This document shows positions 27,401-42,498 of a stretch of 64,000 bases of DNA, one piece after another (position 1 is the first letter of the stretch; every line of letters begins with the position of its first letter). Made by a program: the position numbers and the translations under genes. The notes beneath the pieces were generated by a model. It saw nothing but the letters and a program-made list of their open reading frames with translations. It was not told where the DNA came from and ran no database searches. The stretch is from assembly GCA_964016885.1 (NCBI GenBank), contig OZ024743.1, positions 194,494,001 to 194,558,000 on the forward strand, in the 5' to 3' direction. The DNA is from Eledone cirrhosa. Its lineage: Eukaryota.

Positions 27401-28551
27401 CGTGTGCATGTATATATCTTTAGTTGTAAAGATACCAAATCCTGTAGAAAATGACCGTTGTTAACATCATGGATATTTTCAATAGATAAACGAATTTCTC
27501 ACAAACTAGAGAGTATTTAATACACCTTGGTAGACACAAACTAGTGTTGTCACACCATTTAACACACACACACTCACACACAAATACAAGCCACTCTATA
27601 CCCTAAAACTGCTTAGAATAGTGGGACTCAACCATTAAAGGCCGGTAATATATGCATTTGCAATGGTTCAAACATGATCTGCATATTTATGAACGTGTTG
27701 AATAAAATGTAAATCTCTTACCAAGAAATAAAAATATAATGCTTGTGATAAACTCGGAATAAAGAAACATCTTCAAATCTTTGCAGGTGTTGAAAGCAAG
27801 ATTATAAAGTTAATGTTTCTTATAAAACAAAAAAAACAATAACTTTATTTTAGACTTAGAAATTTATTCGACACTGTAGCCAAGCTTTAATTAAGTGCGT
27901 TTTTCTAACGTATTGGCGTGATTTTGATGACTTTTGTTCTAAAATCTTCCAAACATTGTATTGTCTACAGACGATTCAGTTATTCACTATAAATTCCATT
28001 TCTTCTTCATGATACCATTATTTTTATGTTCAAGTTTTCGACTTTCCAGAAACGAATTTTATCAATTAAAATACCATTTACGAATATGTAAAGATGCTAG
28101 TTTGGTAAAACTATTGATGTTCAGATATTACCATGCGTAGCAACAGCAATATAACTACCTAGCTGTTATATATACATAAAATAGTAGTTTATATCACTTT
28201 GAGTTGATTACTAATGATTTTTCATTTCACTTGTTAAAGTAGGGGAAAGAATGTAGACAATTGTCCACAATTGCGTTTTGAAACTGGCTTAAATTAAAAT
28301 ACAACCTCAACGATATAATGAATAATTAATGGTCCAAATTATTGTCTTAAGGCTGAAGTCAAGAATATTTTTTAAATTACCCTTTTCTCTATCGGACTCT
28401 ATTATTGTGATTATAAAAAGCTAATTGCTTTTAATCAGCTGTATAATGTAGAAAAGCACACATACATTTCTAGATAATACAATATAATGAATATTGTAAA
28501 TGATATTTTCAGCACCAACAGCTACAAATTACTGTTATAATTTTCATGATG

Positions 28552-28607
<56 letters not shown>

Positions 28608-29145
28608 AAATTATCTATCTATGTTTACAATTCTATGACTATATGTTATCTATTCAACTATACAAACAAACACACGCTCACATACACATAGTAAACAATA
28701 CAAATATACAGGCTTATATATAATATATTCTTGTATATATGAATGTATATCTACATCTATATCTATCTATCTATCTATCTATATATATATATATATTATA
28801 TATACATTTATATAAATATATATGCATGTATGTAAATGTATGTTTATGCACACACACACTTGCACACACACACACACACACATACACACAGATACCCCCC
28901 CATATATATATATATAGAGAGAGAGAAAGTGAGGTGTACATAAGCGTGTTTATTCATAAATACATTCAGGGTCCTCTTCAGAGAATTGAAATATTTTGAT
29001 AGATTGCAGAAGAGAGGAAAGACTTACAGATAAACTACAGCTTTTCAGTTCTTTTTTTCCTCCACCTTACACGCAGAGAAACACACAAACAAACACATTA
29101 CCCCCTCGTGCATGTACACATACGGCCATACACATATACACACAA

Positions 29146-29238
<93 letters not shown>

Positions 29239-29409
29239 GACGGTATTTAGCCGTGTCATTTATGGTTTACAATTGGTGGTATGCAGTAAGTTACATAACC
29301 ACATTGTCTAATACTTTCAGATATAAACCTGCATACTAAAATATGTCTGTATATTACACAACCACACACGCTCACCACACACACACGCGCACACACACAC
29401 ACAAACACT

Positions 29410-29442
<33 letters not shown>

Positions 29443-29450
29443 TTATATAT

Positions 29451-29484
<34 letters not shown>

Positions 29485-30842
29485 CAGTTAGGTTTGCAAC
29501 TACAGTTACATAAGGCGCGCTGTTCAAAGTACACGATGCTAGTTATGAAGTCCGTTTCGTGCTGGGTTGTATTCCAGAGTTAAGGCTGCTGTAGTGTGCA
29601 GAATGCGTTTCACACATTTTTTTTTTGTAAGAAAATTTATGGAGAAAAGCTCTGCATTTCAATATTACTCAATGTAAAATGTAATGCATGAAAAATTGGA
29701 AAAAATTATTTTTTGTAATATGTCAAATCTTTTGTGTGAATGTGTTTGTCGACACCTGGAATATATATTAAGAGAAACTTCACAATAAGGGGTCTCACCG
29801 CGACACTTGAATCTGTTGATGGAATTCTTTCTGCCCTTGTCACCCTTAAAGAATTAGCTTCTAAAGAATTTCCCTTTTCTTTAAACCACTGAACCCCTCC
29901 CATCCTCTAGACACCTGTCTTACAGGCATTGTTAGTCTAAGTGATAAACAAGGATTGGTATTCCAATTTTGAATTTGTTTATAGTATTCTTTTTTGCCTT
30001 TGTTAATATTATAGCTTTTAAGAATTAGCTTCTAATGAACTCCCTTTTCTTTAAACCCTTCAACCAATGACCTACACCCATCCCAATCCCCACCCTCTCC
30101 TACCACCAGATAAGGAAATATATAAATAAAAATAAAAATTATGAGAGTTGGAAATAAAAATTAAATTAGGATTTTAATTTTTAATTTTTATTTCCAACTC
30201 TCACTCTTAACTTCCAATGTAAAACGATGATACCTAGAATTAAGTTTATTTTCCCTTATGAGTTGATGGTCAGTCGTAGTGACAACGCTTGGTGAGAGGT
30301 AGTATTATGACCTGTAAAAACTAACACTCTCCCATCCCCTCTGGCTTTTGGCTGACTGCAACAGTCGGGATGGGTAGCAGTAAACTATGGTACAGGCATA
30401 GGTGGGCCATTGTTTGGCTGAGAGGGTGAACTGACTAAGCGAATTTCGTTGAAATCTGCGGTAGCTAATGGTCAACTTCCTTCGGACATGCGCCTGCGCA
30501 GACCGGTGGGGGTGAATTGGTACTCACAGGGGAACGGATGAAAAACCCAAAAGCACGCACTTCATCCGTTCCCATGTCGATTCAATTTGGATTGCCTCGG
30601 AAACATAACCTTATTATGTAACAAGCTGTCTGATGATGTCACGACACTCGCACATAGAACAGTGTGGCCAGTGTCATCATTGAAATATATATCACAGCAT
30701 TATTATTAAAGGACTTGAATATCTGAAACTACTTCGCTTTTCCTCATTCGATATTTACTCCGTCACTCCTATGTGGAAAAAGTACGTTGAGTGCTTGAAT
30801 TGAATTGCATCAATATTTACCCTAATATATATATATATATAT

Positions 30843-31365
30843 ATAATCAAGGTTTAGCAAATAAGAAAAAGTTTTAAAATAAATTTCAAAAAATTCACTG
30901 TACTTACTATGGTTACCTTTACCGAAACGGTTTCGAGTCACAAAAATAAATGGATAGTCCTTGCGGGCCTCCATTGAAAAGATAAACTCTCGTCAGAAGG
31001 TTCTTTTCACTCGGAAATATAAAATTCCCGAGTTCGAATTACGAACTGGTGCTCTTCAAAATTATTCCCGAGATGAGAATGAATGATGTGGAAGCAATTC
31101 TGTCCAGTGCCGTTTGCAAAGATAGAAGGCAGAGGCAGGGAGGTCAATCTACTACCACTATAAATAGCAGTAGTCAAAACAACCAAATTATATCTCGACC
31201 AGGGGGAGATTAATAATAATAAAGTATATATCCCTACACGCAAAAAGCGTATAGGGACACAACCATATGCCAATGTGGTTCAATGGCAGGTTAATAAATT
31301 AACGAGCCAGAACATATATAATCAAGGTTTAGCAAATAAGAAAAAGTTTCAAAATAAATTTCATA
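30843..31365 (-). mobile_element. ~480-bp non-coding unit with ~45-bp terminal direct repeat in (TA)n
   Basis: aatcaaggtttagcaaataagaaaaagttt.aaaataaatttca at ~30845 and ~31320; contains a hammerhead. Confidence 0.75.
30915..31001 (-). ncRNA. Type I hammerhead with long stem II insertion
   Basis: acctt-CTGACGA-gagt...actc-GAAA-ccg(ttt)cg-GTA^aaggt; all three stems pair. Confidence 0.85.
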
Positions 31366-31689
31366 TATATATGAGTGTATATATATATAAACATATATAT
31401 TTATATATATATTTACACATACAAACACACATAACAATTGAGCAACAATTACACAAACATTTACACAAACATTTATGTCTATATGTTCTTTTGGTTTTAT
31501 AATTTCACAAAGTTTTACCAATAGAAGGAGAGTCGGTTTCTAACACTCTCTCATTGGAATTTACACAAGATCAGCTAGGTAGATATGTATGCATGTGTGC
31601 AGGTATGGATGTTGTATGTGTGGAGGTTTATGTTTTGGGATGTATATGTGCATATGTATATGCTCTGTATCTCCTGTGTACATGGAGGT

Positions 31690-32362
31690 ATTAGATGCAG
31701 AATCTTTGGAATGTTTTACGTAATTTTACTGTTCCATGAATGGATTGCACTTGTAATTTTCTAACTAGTTGTGTTCTTTCTGTTTTTGTGAAGCTCAGCT
31801 TTTCAAGATTTTTACTGGTGCTAACTCCCACTACTTTTCCATGTTCCATATCATTATATCTGGTCTGTTATGCCTGCATTTTATTCGGGTTAGACTGGAA
31901 CATTCCACCCGTTCTCTTTCATATTATGTATGTATATGTCTTCCACATTACTGTAGCTTTTAATTTGTAGTGTTTTGGCCACTACATCATGCCTCATAGG
32001 TAGATAGTACCACGATGGCATCTTTGTACAGCTGCTTATGACATGCGTGTCATCTTCGATATTAATTCTGCAGAGTTTGCATTTGTTGTCACATCTAGGT
32101 GACAACAAATGCAACTCTAGGTGACAAAAAATGCCTGCATCCCTATCTCTTTTGGGAATCAGGTATTTTGTGTTGATTTCGTGTTCTTGGATTGCAAAAG
32201 CATATCTTTCAAAGTGGGAGCCAATACAGCGGTTATTGGTCCGAGATAGACTACTTTGCTTATCTAAATTACACTCACCCAGGAGTTTGCTGGCAACATA
32301 TCCATGCTCTATTTTTTCGCTGATAAGCATGCAGTTTTTCATCCTTGGATTTGTTGTTGTGT
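31690..32362 (-). mobile_element. C-terminal fragment of an REL-endonuclease non-LTR retrotransposon (R4/Dong-like)
   Basis: FAIQEHEINTKY, CKLCRINIEDDTHVISSC (CCHC), RHDVVAK, followed by an NRPDIMIW-like motif in another frame. Confidence 0.75.
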
Positions 32363-32472
32363 TGCGGGGCGTATGTGTGTATGTATGTATGTATGTATGT
32401 ATGTATGTATGTATGTATGTATGTATGTATGTATGTATGTATGTATGTATGTATGTATGTATGTATGTATGT

Positions 32473-33987
32473 TTGCAGGACTAAAAACAAAACCTGTCAA
32501 AGGGCAAAGGAGCTCTTAAGAGTCAATGGCCATCCAAAATCACTGGGAGAGATGACCCCTTAGCCTTTGTCAAGGCAGAATTCTAGGAGAAGGAAAACTC
32601 TGATATAACACCTGCAACCCTGATGGTATCCAATGATGTTGACTTGTTCTTCTTTTTGGTAAATATCATCTTGGTTAAGAGAGAGGGACTGGCTTTGTGC
32701 AGTGCCTTTGCTCACTATAAAAGCTTCACGGCACAGGCATTGCTTTGTATCTGGAGATCTCTCTGCACTTGTCGTCACATGGTACCAAAGGCAAAGCACT
32801 ATGTGTCAATGATTGTCACAAGTGTAGTATTTGTACCAGAGTTTTCAAGTCGCTGGCTGGACTAAAAAGTCACACTCGTTCAGCGCATCGGTAGGGGTTC
32901 TCCTACATGGATATAAAGTAGTGGCCGTACTCGAAAACGAGTTGGCAGCCACCATGTATGTATGTATGTATGTATGTATGTATGTATGTATGTATGTATG
33001 TATGTATGTATGTATGTATGTATGTATGTATGTGTGTATGTATGTATGTATGTATGTATGCATGTATGTTCTTCTTTTTGGTAAATATCATCTTGGCTAA
33101 GAGAGTGGGACGGGCTTTGACGCAGTGCCTTTGCTCACTTTAAAAGTTTCACGGCACAGGCATTGCTTTGTATCTGGAGATCTCTCTGCACTTGTCGTCA
33201 CATGGTGCCATGGGCCCAGCACTATGTGTCAATAATTGTCGCGGGTGTAGTGTTTGTAGCAGAGTTTTCAAGTCGCTGGCTGGACTAAAAAGTCTCATTT
33301 GTTTAGCGTATCGGTAGGGGTTCTCCTACATGGATATAAAATAGTGGTAGTACTCGAAAACGAGTTGGCAGCCACCATGTATGTATGTATGTATGTATGT
33401 ATGTATGTATGTATGTATGTATGTATGTATGTATGTATGTATGTATGTATGTACGTATGTATGTCGGGTCACTCTTGAGTGCTACTGGTAACATGTAACC
33501 CAGTACAATCTGTCGCATGGTCAGGTCGTTGGCGACTAAACCGGCTAGCCCACTAAGTTTACTTGGTGAGGAGGGTGATTTTTGACACCCTGCAGGACAA
33601 AAAACAAAACCTGACAAAGGGCGGAAGAACTTATAAGAGTCAACGGCCACCCGAAAGTGTGTAAATATGTACCGCGCAGTTAAACCACTGGGAGTGAAGG
33701 ACCCCTAGCCTTTGTCAGGGCATTCTTCTAGGAGAAGGCAACTCAGGAAACTGGGATAACTCCGATATAAAACCTGCGGCTCAGTAGTTACCGATGATGT
33801 TGATGTTTTCTTCTTTTCGGGTTATAGCTACTCTCGTTCAGAGAGTGGGATTGGCTCAGTGCACAGTCTTTCCTCACTTTAAAAATATTATTTACGCACA
33901 TGCATTGCACGATAGAATTAATTAATAATTATTAATAATGGTATATCGTGCAATGGCCATACTCGATAACGAGGGGGCAGCCATCAT
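32473..33987 (+). mobile_element. Three copies of a short non-coding element with a 3' hairpin, separated by (ATGT)n
   Basis: Copies at ~32473-32955, ~33065-33378 and ~33465-33987 share sequence and end tactcga(a/t)aacgag..ggcagcca.c followed by atgtatg. Confidence 0.75.
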
Positions 33988-34001
33988 GTATGGTATGTAT
34001 G

Positions 34002-34156
<155 letters not shown>

Positions 34157-34398
34157 ATGTCTGTTCTAGTTATATAGGATAGAAAAGATTAATCTGTTGG
34201 TGTCTTTAGGTAGTATAAATTATCTCTGAAATAAATTTGGTTTCTATCCAGGTAGAAGTATTTATCAACATTTGGGTTGGTGTGATAAATAAATATATGC
34301 ATATACAATAGGTCCCAACAGAATAGTACAAAACACCCACTACCTCAGTCTCTCCCGCTCTTTAACTCATACCAGTAATATATTCATACTAGTAATTT

Positions 34399-34579
34399 GC
34401 AGTATCGGTAGAGGATCGGACGCCATACTTTGCAGTAGAGTGTTACGCCCCTTTACGATCAGAGTTCAAATCCCGCCGAGGTTAACTTTGCCTTTCATCC
34501 TTAGGGGATCGATAAACTAAAGTACCAGTAATGCACTGTGATAATTGCTGGCCTTGCGCCAAAAGTAGAAACAATTATT
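34399..34579 (+). mobile_element. tRNA-derived SINE with Deu/Nin-like central domain
   Basis: B box gagttcaaatccc followed by gcctttcatcct...gatcgataaa..aagtaccag. Confidence 0.8.
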
Positions 34580-35316
34580 TGGTGACATTATATTCTCAGA
34601 GTTATCGGTAATACCTGCAAAGCATGTCAGAGAGCATGCTATTTTGCTGTTATAGATTATGACATTTAATATCTCATAGTATTTGTATTTTCATCCTAAT
34701 CATTAGTTTGAGGCGACTGAGAATCGTTTAACAACAAAGTCAGTGGAGTTATATAAAGGGAAATATGAAGTACAGCATCTTTGGAATCTGTTACGAACCA
34801 CAGCTTAGGGTTTGGTCAAGGAAGCCTTTATTTAGTGGGAAGACCAGCTGTGACATATGTCAATTGAAATGAGAAAACTGGTTGAACAATTTTGCTGTTA
34901 GCTGTTTTATGTATTCCTAAATCTGAAAGCTACTCGTAACAGATTCATTAGCTACTAGTAATGGTAGCCAGGCGTCAAATATCTGAATAAAAGAGATTTC
35001 GTTTATGTTAAACTAAAAGCGAGCTAAAATTTAGAATTTCTGAATTTCGATATATACACACCGATTAACAAATATACACCTAGAGTCATTATAACACACA
35101 TCACAGATAAACAGGCCAAAACACAGAAGTTAGCAGCCAATAATCTGATACTCAGGCACACATACACATACATATATAAATATATACATACCTACACATA
35201 TACACACATATATATAAATACATACATACACACCTATATGCACACACACATGTATATATATATATATATGTATATATATAAATACCTACATACATACACA
35301 CTTACACATGTAATTG

Positions 35317-35465
<149 letters not shown>

Positions 35466-36799
35466 CATACGTGCATAGACACATACACAGTTAAAACATT
35501 TATAAAATTATACATAGATTCATTGAATTGTAAATGCACATATTTATACACAAACGTGCAAACACACATATATACACACACATATATACACACATTCACG
35601 TGGAAACAGACACTATATACGCACATGCATATAGCTTCACGGACCCGCTGCGAAATATTAATATGTACACCAATATAAGAGAGAGAGAGAGAGAGAGAGA
35701 GAGAACGGAAAGTAAAAAAAGTAGAGCTACACTGAGACATTAACAGACTCTTTTAGAGGGCTAGAAATACATTCAAAGCATATGTCAATGTTTCATTTCA
35801 GAACGTAAAATTGACAATGTTCTATTTTGTCATTTCATAATTTGTTCTGTTTTAGACCACCCACTGTGAACTCTCTTTCATTCCCACTCCATTAGAACTC
35901 CAGTCTCTTTCCATCCGTTTCATGAAATCTGCTCTATTTTAATCTGAGAGGGGATAAGAAGGGGTATCTTTTTTATTCTTGAATTATTTTGACATGGATC
36001 GGGATCGATGTCAATTTTATATAGATCTCTTACGAAATGACAACGTTGATTCAAGATAAATAGATAAACCGCTTCCATACATTTAATGACATGACGCACA
36101 CATACGCAAACAGAAACACACACATACACACACTCGCGCGCCCACACAAACACACAAACACCCACATATACTGCCACAAATAATTTTGACACGGTATTAA
36201 TTGATGTAATATATATTTTACAATTAAGTTCGAGTCTTCGAGTTGTTATAAATACAGTTTATAACTTTATAAGCAACACAGTTTATATAAATTTTCGATT
36301 AATGATTCGACGTTCTGCTCTAAATGTCTATTTCAAAATTGTATTAATGACATAAAATACATTAAACAAAGTGAAGTAAAATGCATTATTTGCCATGATA
36401 GAGTTTCGAGCAGAATCACTTAATGGATTTTAAAATTCTTCTGAATACACATGGACATCAAGTATAATTTGAAGTCATTCAGTTTATAGTTAGCTACATA
36501 TATATCTGAATAATATGCACACTATGCCTTTAGATATAGTTACTTACTCATCCAATGTGGGTTTTAAGTAGAAACTTTGAAAGGGCAAACAAATCGTTCA
36601 ATTACCTTTTTAAAAGTGTGCTTGTGTGTCAGTATGCGTATATATGTAAACGAGGCTGTAGCCACTGTTATTACCGCATGTGAGAGAGTTAATCAGTGCT
36701 CTCCTGATTTTCTCTCTCTTTCACTCACTGCCTCCGTCTCTATCGCTTTCCCCGTCTCTCACTATTATATACAAATGGGAGCCCACGTGGTGGTCGCCT

Positions 36800-37090
36800 C
36801 ACCTGAATCACGGCGGACAGAATAGAGAATGTGTTTTCTCCAGAGGATAGTGAAAGAGACGCATTGGAATAGCCATTCCAGCTCACGAGGTTCATATCTG
36901 TGGGTAGCCAACTCCTTGCCGATGGTGGCGAGTAGAGAGGTTATCCTAGGGCCAAGGACACCAGAGATCTCCACTGCAAACCTGTCAGAGGGCGACCGGT
37001 ATTTGGAGAGTAAACCTCCTCAAACTGAAGTGCAGCAGAGCCTGGATTAATCGTAGACTGCACCAGGTTGTCACTGCAGAAAATGTCACT
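36800..37090 (-). mobile_element. C-terminal fragment of a CRE-like non-LTR retrotransposon
   Basis: SKYRS..RFAVEISGVLGP..LL..IG....EPRELEWLFQCVSFTI resembles the end of the CRE REL domain. Confidence 0.65.
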
Positions 37091-37364
37091 GCATGTGGCA
37101 TTATTATGATTTGTTTGAGTCTTTCAATTAAGAATCATAGCCTCGAAGAGAAACATTTGTATCTAACTTATCATAACACTACATATTCATTCTCTGCTAT
37201 ACTTGCAATGGTTGTTTTATAAAAATTGTTATTTACTTCAGATTAACATATTTTATTTTACATCTTGAAACATAAAGTAGTGTTGGAAATAACGGCAAAG
37301 TTATAAAATGTATAACAAGAAAATGATGTTCAGATCACTGAGACTAAGAGAATAACATTATATA

Positions 37365-37551
37365 CCGGTGGATTGGCAGTATCGATAGAGAGTCGGACGA
37401 CATACTTTCCAGTATAGTTACGTCCCTTTACGGTCTGAGTTCAAATCCCGCCGAGGTTAACTTTGCCTTTCATCCTTACGGGGTCGATAAAATAAAGTAC
37501 TAGTAATGTACTGGCTAATTGCTGGCCTTGTGCCAAAATTAGAAACAATTA
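37365..37551 (+). mobile_element. tRNA-derived SINE (same family)
   Basis: B box gagttcaaatccc, Deu/Nin-like motif, candidate TSD attatatac. Confidence 0.82.
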
Positions 37552-40406
37552 TATACTTCATATGTAAATATACTTTAGTTGTTGAAGTGACGTCCGAACG
37601 AGTATCTTCCACTACCTTGCCCTTTGTCACCGGGATCCGGATGATAGGATGGAGAATGTATTGTCCCAGGGGACGGCGAAGGAGACGCGTCGAGACGGCC
37701 ACTCAACCTCCTGGGGCTCGCACCTGCATGTGGGGATCGGGAACATGAATAAAATAAGATGTATGGAAACGAATATTGATTGCTGAGAGATTGGTCTCCA
37801 CATTGTTACTATGAAAGGACATAAAGAAAGTGTAACATATTCGATGGAGTTCTAGCCTCTATACATTGCCGTCTTCTAAGCACGCATAGAAATCGTGAAT
37901 TTTAATAATCAAAATATTCTAACTTGGTCATATTTTTTTGAAATTTTGAACGATTTGTAATTGCCATTGCTTTACCAGTTTTATAGTAGTTAAGGAAAAT
38001 CTACTGAGGATGATGAACATTTACTGATAAAATACATCTAATTGAAATAATCTAGTATTTTATGAATATTGAATAATTTATGGCATTATAAAGGGTTAAG
38101 AGCTTTCAGAAAATAAAACATGGCTTGTAGTGAAATATATCTCGTTACATGAGTTACCCTCGAACATGTAGTGCAGATGAAGCATGTTTCTGTGAGTTTT
38201 TTTCTGTATTGCATTTATCTCTATTGTTATTGGGAAAAAATCATGCAAAATTTTACAATTAGTCTGTAATTCAAGCTTCCCCATATGTTCTCAAGTTTAT
38301 GCTAAAATTCCTTTTTGTAATATAAATTTTTAAGTACCATATGATATATTGATTTTCAGTAAACAACACAAAAAAAGAAAAGAAATGAAATTGATGGCTG
38401 TAATGTCCATTAGAGAAAATCCATATTTTTGTCTTTCAGATAGTCCTCAAAAATGGTATCCATAATGTATAGCTTAAAACAATCAAACGAAATTCATCGG
38501 GGTGAAACCTTAGGCGACATTCTCCGATGTAGAAGCTTCGAATTTCTATTTTGAACTAAACAGAATATAAAATGCGTAACTAACAAACAGTTGTTATATG
38601 CAAAGTTACAATGTACTTGGATTCGTCTTTCATATTTCCATCAATGTGTAAATATGCATATGTGAGCCTACATTAATAAATGGCAATGCGAAAATAATGA
38701 CCTGCATTGCTGTGGGTAGGGGGATTTATAGCTAAACATAACGTTACTCTGATGTTGCTTATAGTCACGCAATATTGTGAAGAACAGCAATGAATAATGG
38801 AGATGAAGATGGAGAGAAGCAGACGTAATTCCCTCGTAAATATTTACCACATAAAATCATAAACTTCTGCCAGTCTCTGGCAGAATGAGCGTCACCAGCA
38901 ATTACTTTAGACTGACATTAACATGCAGTATGCAATGATATTTCCCTGATTTCAGTTTTTCTCATTTGAATGGTATATATTTTGTTTTTCATATTTTATT
39001 TCGACCTGAACACTTCTACGTGAAGAGTTTAAGAGTCATTTCGAAAGATATATCATGTATTAGAATGAAAACATCATATGAATATAGATTAGATATCATT
39101 TTTTTTCAGTGTAGAATAAATCAATAAATAACACTGAAATGTTCAAATGTACATTACTATTCAGGAACTTTGAACATAATATTTCAATATAAGGTCTTTA
39201 TAAAAATAGGCAGTATTCGTCTGTTTTTTTTTCTTTCACCAATGATGAGTAATTTCCTATCTTTGAAGGTCAGTTTTTATTTATGGCTCTTTACAATCTA
39301 ATTCTCTTCGTTTACCAGAATTATAAACATTATTATGGTTGTAAATTATGTTTAAAAGAGAAAGAAAAAACATATGAAATATTTTCTGCTTTTCCTCTGA
39401 AATATTGTATGAATGCTCCTTGACTTCTCAGTACTCTCTGCTACATTGGGTTACATTACAGTTTTAAAACTCATAACTTTAGATGACATTCTCCCCATTT
39501 ACACTCAAGCCTCTCTTCCTGTAACGTTTTACATTCATATATTAAAACACATTTTTAAAGAATATACTTTACTCTTTTATTCTTATTTTGAACGAGTTCG
39601 ATATTCTCTGAATAGCAGACATCAACTAGATATATTTTAATACAATAAAATAATGTCCATCAATATATATGTTATATTTCGGTTTTGTAGTCTGACAGTT
39701 GTTTATATAATTTCTCATTCAATATTAATGAAACTCACAATTGAAGAGAAGCAACTTTCAGTTGCTGTTTTCATTATAGCAGAGTTTTATATAAGTTTTA
39801 ATGAAAAAGGCGAAAAAGATGTTTATAAGTCATTTTATCTACCAAATCACAAATAAGAAAATACTTTTATAGAATATAAAAGAATTTCGAATGATACTAG
39901 ATAAATTGGATATAATTTAGGGACAAAGCATCTCTTAGAAATATTGCTTTCTTCATCAGATTGTTCTATAGAAGTATGATATATCTGAATATATATGCCT
40001 ATATGTGTGTGTGCCAATGTGACTGTGTGTGTATATGTGACTATATATTGTATGTGTGTGCGCGAGCGTTGTGTAGGTCAGATGTTTTAGACTAAACATT
40101 CAAGTACACCATCTTTCAATAAAGAAAGCAAAACATTTTAAATATAGAAATTATATATCCTTGATTTTTATATTCGAAGCAGTCAATTAGTTAATAAATA
40201 TTTTCCATATGTAAACGAAACTTCTTCGTTTTTCTATTATATACACTCTGCCTGTACATCGAATGCTTGATTTGGTACCAACACCAGTATTTCACCGTAC
40301 TACCTACACTATACACACACGAACACACACACACACAGACACACAGACACACACACACACACAGACACACAATACATATATATTATATACATATATAGTA
40401 CAAAGA

Positions 40407-40659
40407 ACGAGGAATCAGTAACCCATCAAACCACAATGTATTAACATATTACATATGTTTCTCCGTCGATCAGCTCGAGGCTGGATCTGTTACAGATCTA
40501 TAGAACAGCCGGGATGTTTGAACACACAAGAAATACCTGAAGAACCTTCGAAGGCAGAGTCGAGTTTGATCCGTAACAGATCCTGCCTCGAGCTGATCGA
40601 CGGAGAAACATACGTAATATGTTAATAAATTGTGGTTTCATGGGTTACTGATTCCTCGT
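40407..40659. repeat. Inverted repeat, ~92-bp arms, 69-nt spacer, between microsatellites
   Basis: 40407-40498 versus 40568-40659; arms contain a hammerhead-like 3' half (GAAAcatacGTA, 40605-40616). Confidence 0.88.
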
Positions 40660-40791
40660 ACTGTATACTAGTATATTCTGCTCTGCGCAAGCATCGAATG
40701 CTCAATCGTCATACCGCCTACGGACGCATTACCTGCAACCCTACAACAACTATATATATATATATGTATATATATGTATATATATATATAT

Positions 40792-40898
<107 letters not shown>

Positions 40899-41332
40899 CA
40901 CACACACATATATATATGTACAAACATTGAAATATTTACGTTCCAATGCAAATGACTATAATGATAGTGACTCAACATAATAGATAGTTGAGAATATCTA
41001 GCGAAATACTCCCAAAGAAAGAGAGTGAAAGGTTGACGGAGGTGCCTGCGAGGAATAGAAACAAAAAGAACATTCCACATCGTGATAACATGACTGAGAA
41101 GGTCTAGAAATGTTGATTAGATAATGGAGTTAGGATATTTTTTTTTTGTTTCAAACGAGCTATAGGAGTACACATATAAATGAAAGAATACTTTAATGAA
41201 AAAATTTAAACCTGAAAATAGCCGTATACTATTAATATACTTATTAACACAGAGACATTTATGTCTGTGTGTTAATAAGTATACTTATTAACACAGAGAC
41301 GTAAACACACGCGTACACACAGGAACACGGCC

Positions 41333-41372
<40 letters not shown>

Positions 41373-41667
41373 GTTTAGTTTTGCGAGGTTTTTGATATGA
41401 AATCGTGTGTCGAAACAAATATTGTTATACTTGGGGAGGGTCATGTTTATGTAATATTGCCAGAATTAATAACAGAACACACTCACTGTTTGGTTGGTTT
41501 TCGCTTTTCGCTTCTGTGTCTTTTATATCGGTAATCTATATATATATGTAGGTTTGTTTTATTGTAGCACAATAAAGCAATGCAAATATGGATAAGTAGC
41601 ACTCTACAGTTTGTAGGACTGGAGTATAAATAATATAAGATCAAAAGATGGTTGAAATAGTTCCAAG

Positions 41668-41738
41668 TATTTTATTATGCGCATTTCAAAAACAAATATC
41701 ATCATGGGATGATATCTGCGTTTTCATCAGATAAAATA
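41668..41738 (-). ncRNA. Minimal type I hammerhead (family A)
   Basis: Intact CTGATGA/GAAA, ATGCGCAT stem III, 8-bp stem I. Confidence 0.85.
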
Positions 41739-42207
41739 GGGATACATGATATGAAGCTTAAAAAACACTTGTGAATAGTGAAGTTTTAAATCAACATATG
41801 AAAAATAATTTAAGATTGATGTATGAGATTGGGAAAAAGTGAGGGGGTGGGTGGAAAAGGTAAGGAAGAGGAGGAGATGAGAGTAAAGAATGATGGGGGA
41901 GGAGTATAAGAAGGAAGGATGAGAGAGGAGGAGAGATGGGTGATAGAGAGAGAGAGATAGCCTTTACAACTGAGAAAAATATAAATTGTCTCACAGAGAG
42001 AAGTTAAAAAGCCATCTCTCCTCCTCTCTCATCCTTCCTTCTTATACTCTTCCCCCACCATTCTTTACTCTCATCTCCTCCTCTTCCTTACCTTTCCACC
42101 CCCTCACTTTTTCCCAATCTCATACATCAATCATAAATTAGTTTTCATATGTTGATTTAAAACTTCAATATTCACAAGTGTTTTTTAAGCTTCATACCAT
42201 GTATCCC

Positions 42208-42278
42208 TATTTTATCTGATGAAAACGCAGATATCATCCCATGATGATATTTGTTTTTGAAATGCGCATAATAAAATA
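42208..42278 (+). ncRNA. Minimal type I hammerhead (family A)
   Basis: tattttat-CTGATGA-aaacgcagatatcatcccatgatgatatttgttttt-GAAA-tgcgc-ATA^ataaaata. Confidence 0.85.
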
Positions 42279-42306
42279 CTTGGAACTCTTTTAACCATCT
42301 TTTGAT

Positions 42307-42399
<93 letters not shown>

Positions 42400-42498
42400 G
42401 AGGTGTTCCTGTATGTACGCGTGTGTTTATGTCTGTGTTAATAAGTATACGGCTATAGGTTTCAGATTTTAATTTTTCATTAAAGTATATATATATAT

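Larger units (their letters stand above)
41634..42310. repeat. ~300-bp-arm inverted repeat of hammerhead family A
   Basis: 41634-41939 versus 42012-42310, each arm with a complete hammerhead. An outer imperfect IR lies at ~41189-41328 / 42403-42488. Confidence 0.9.

Noticed and set aside
30142-30203. Small palindromes (also 46238-46272 and 59867-59928) as MITEs or terminators
   Set aside because: Real hairpins, but with no TSD, family or ribozyme core to interpret them; possibly further fold-back remnants.
34399-34480. tRNA gene
   Set aside because: Has a B box but no cloverleaf; it is the head of a multi-copy SINE.
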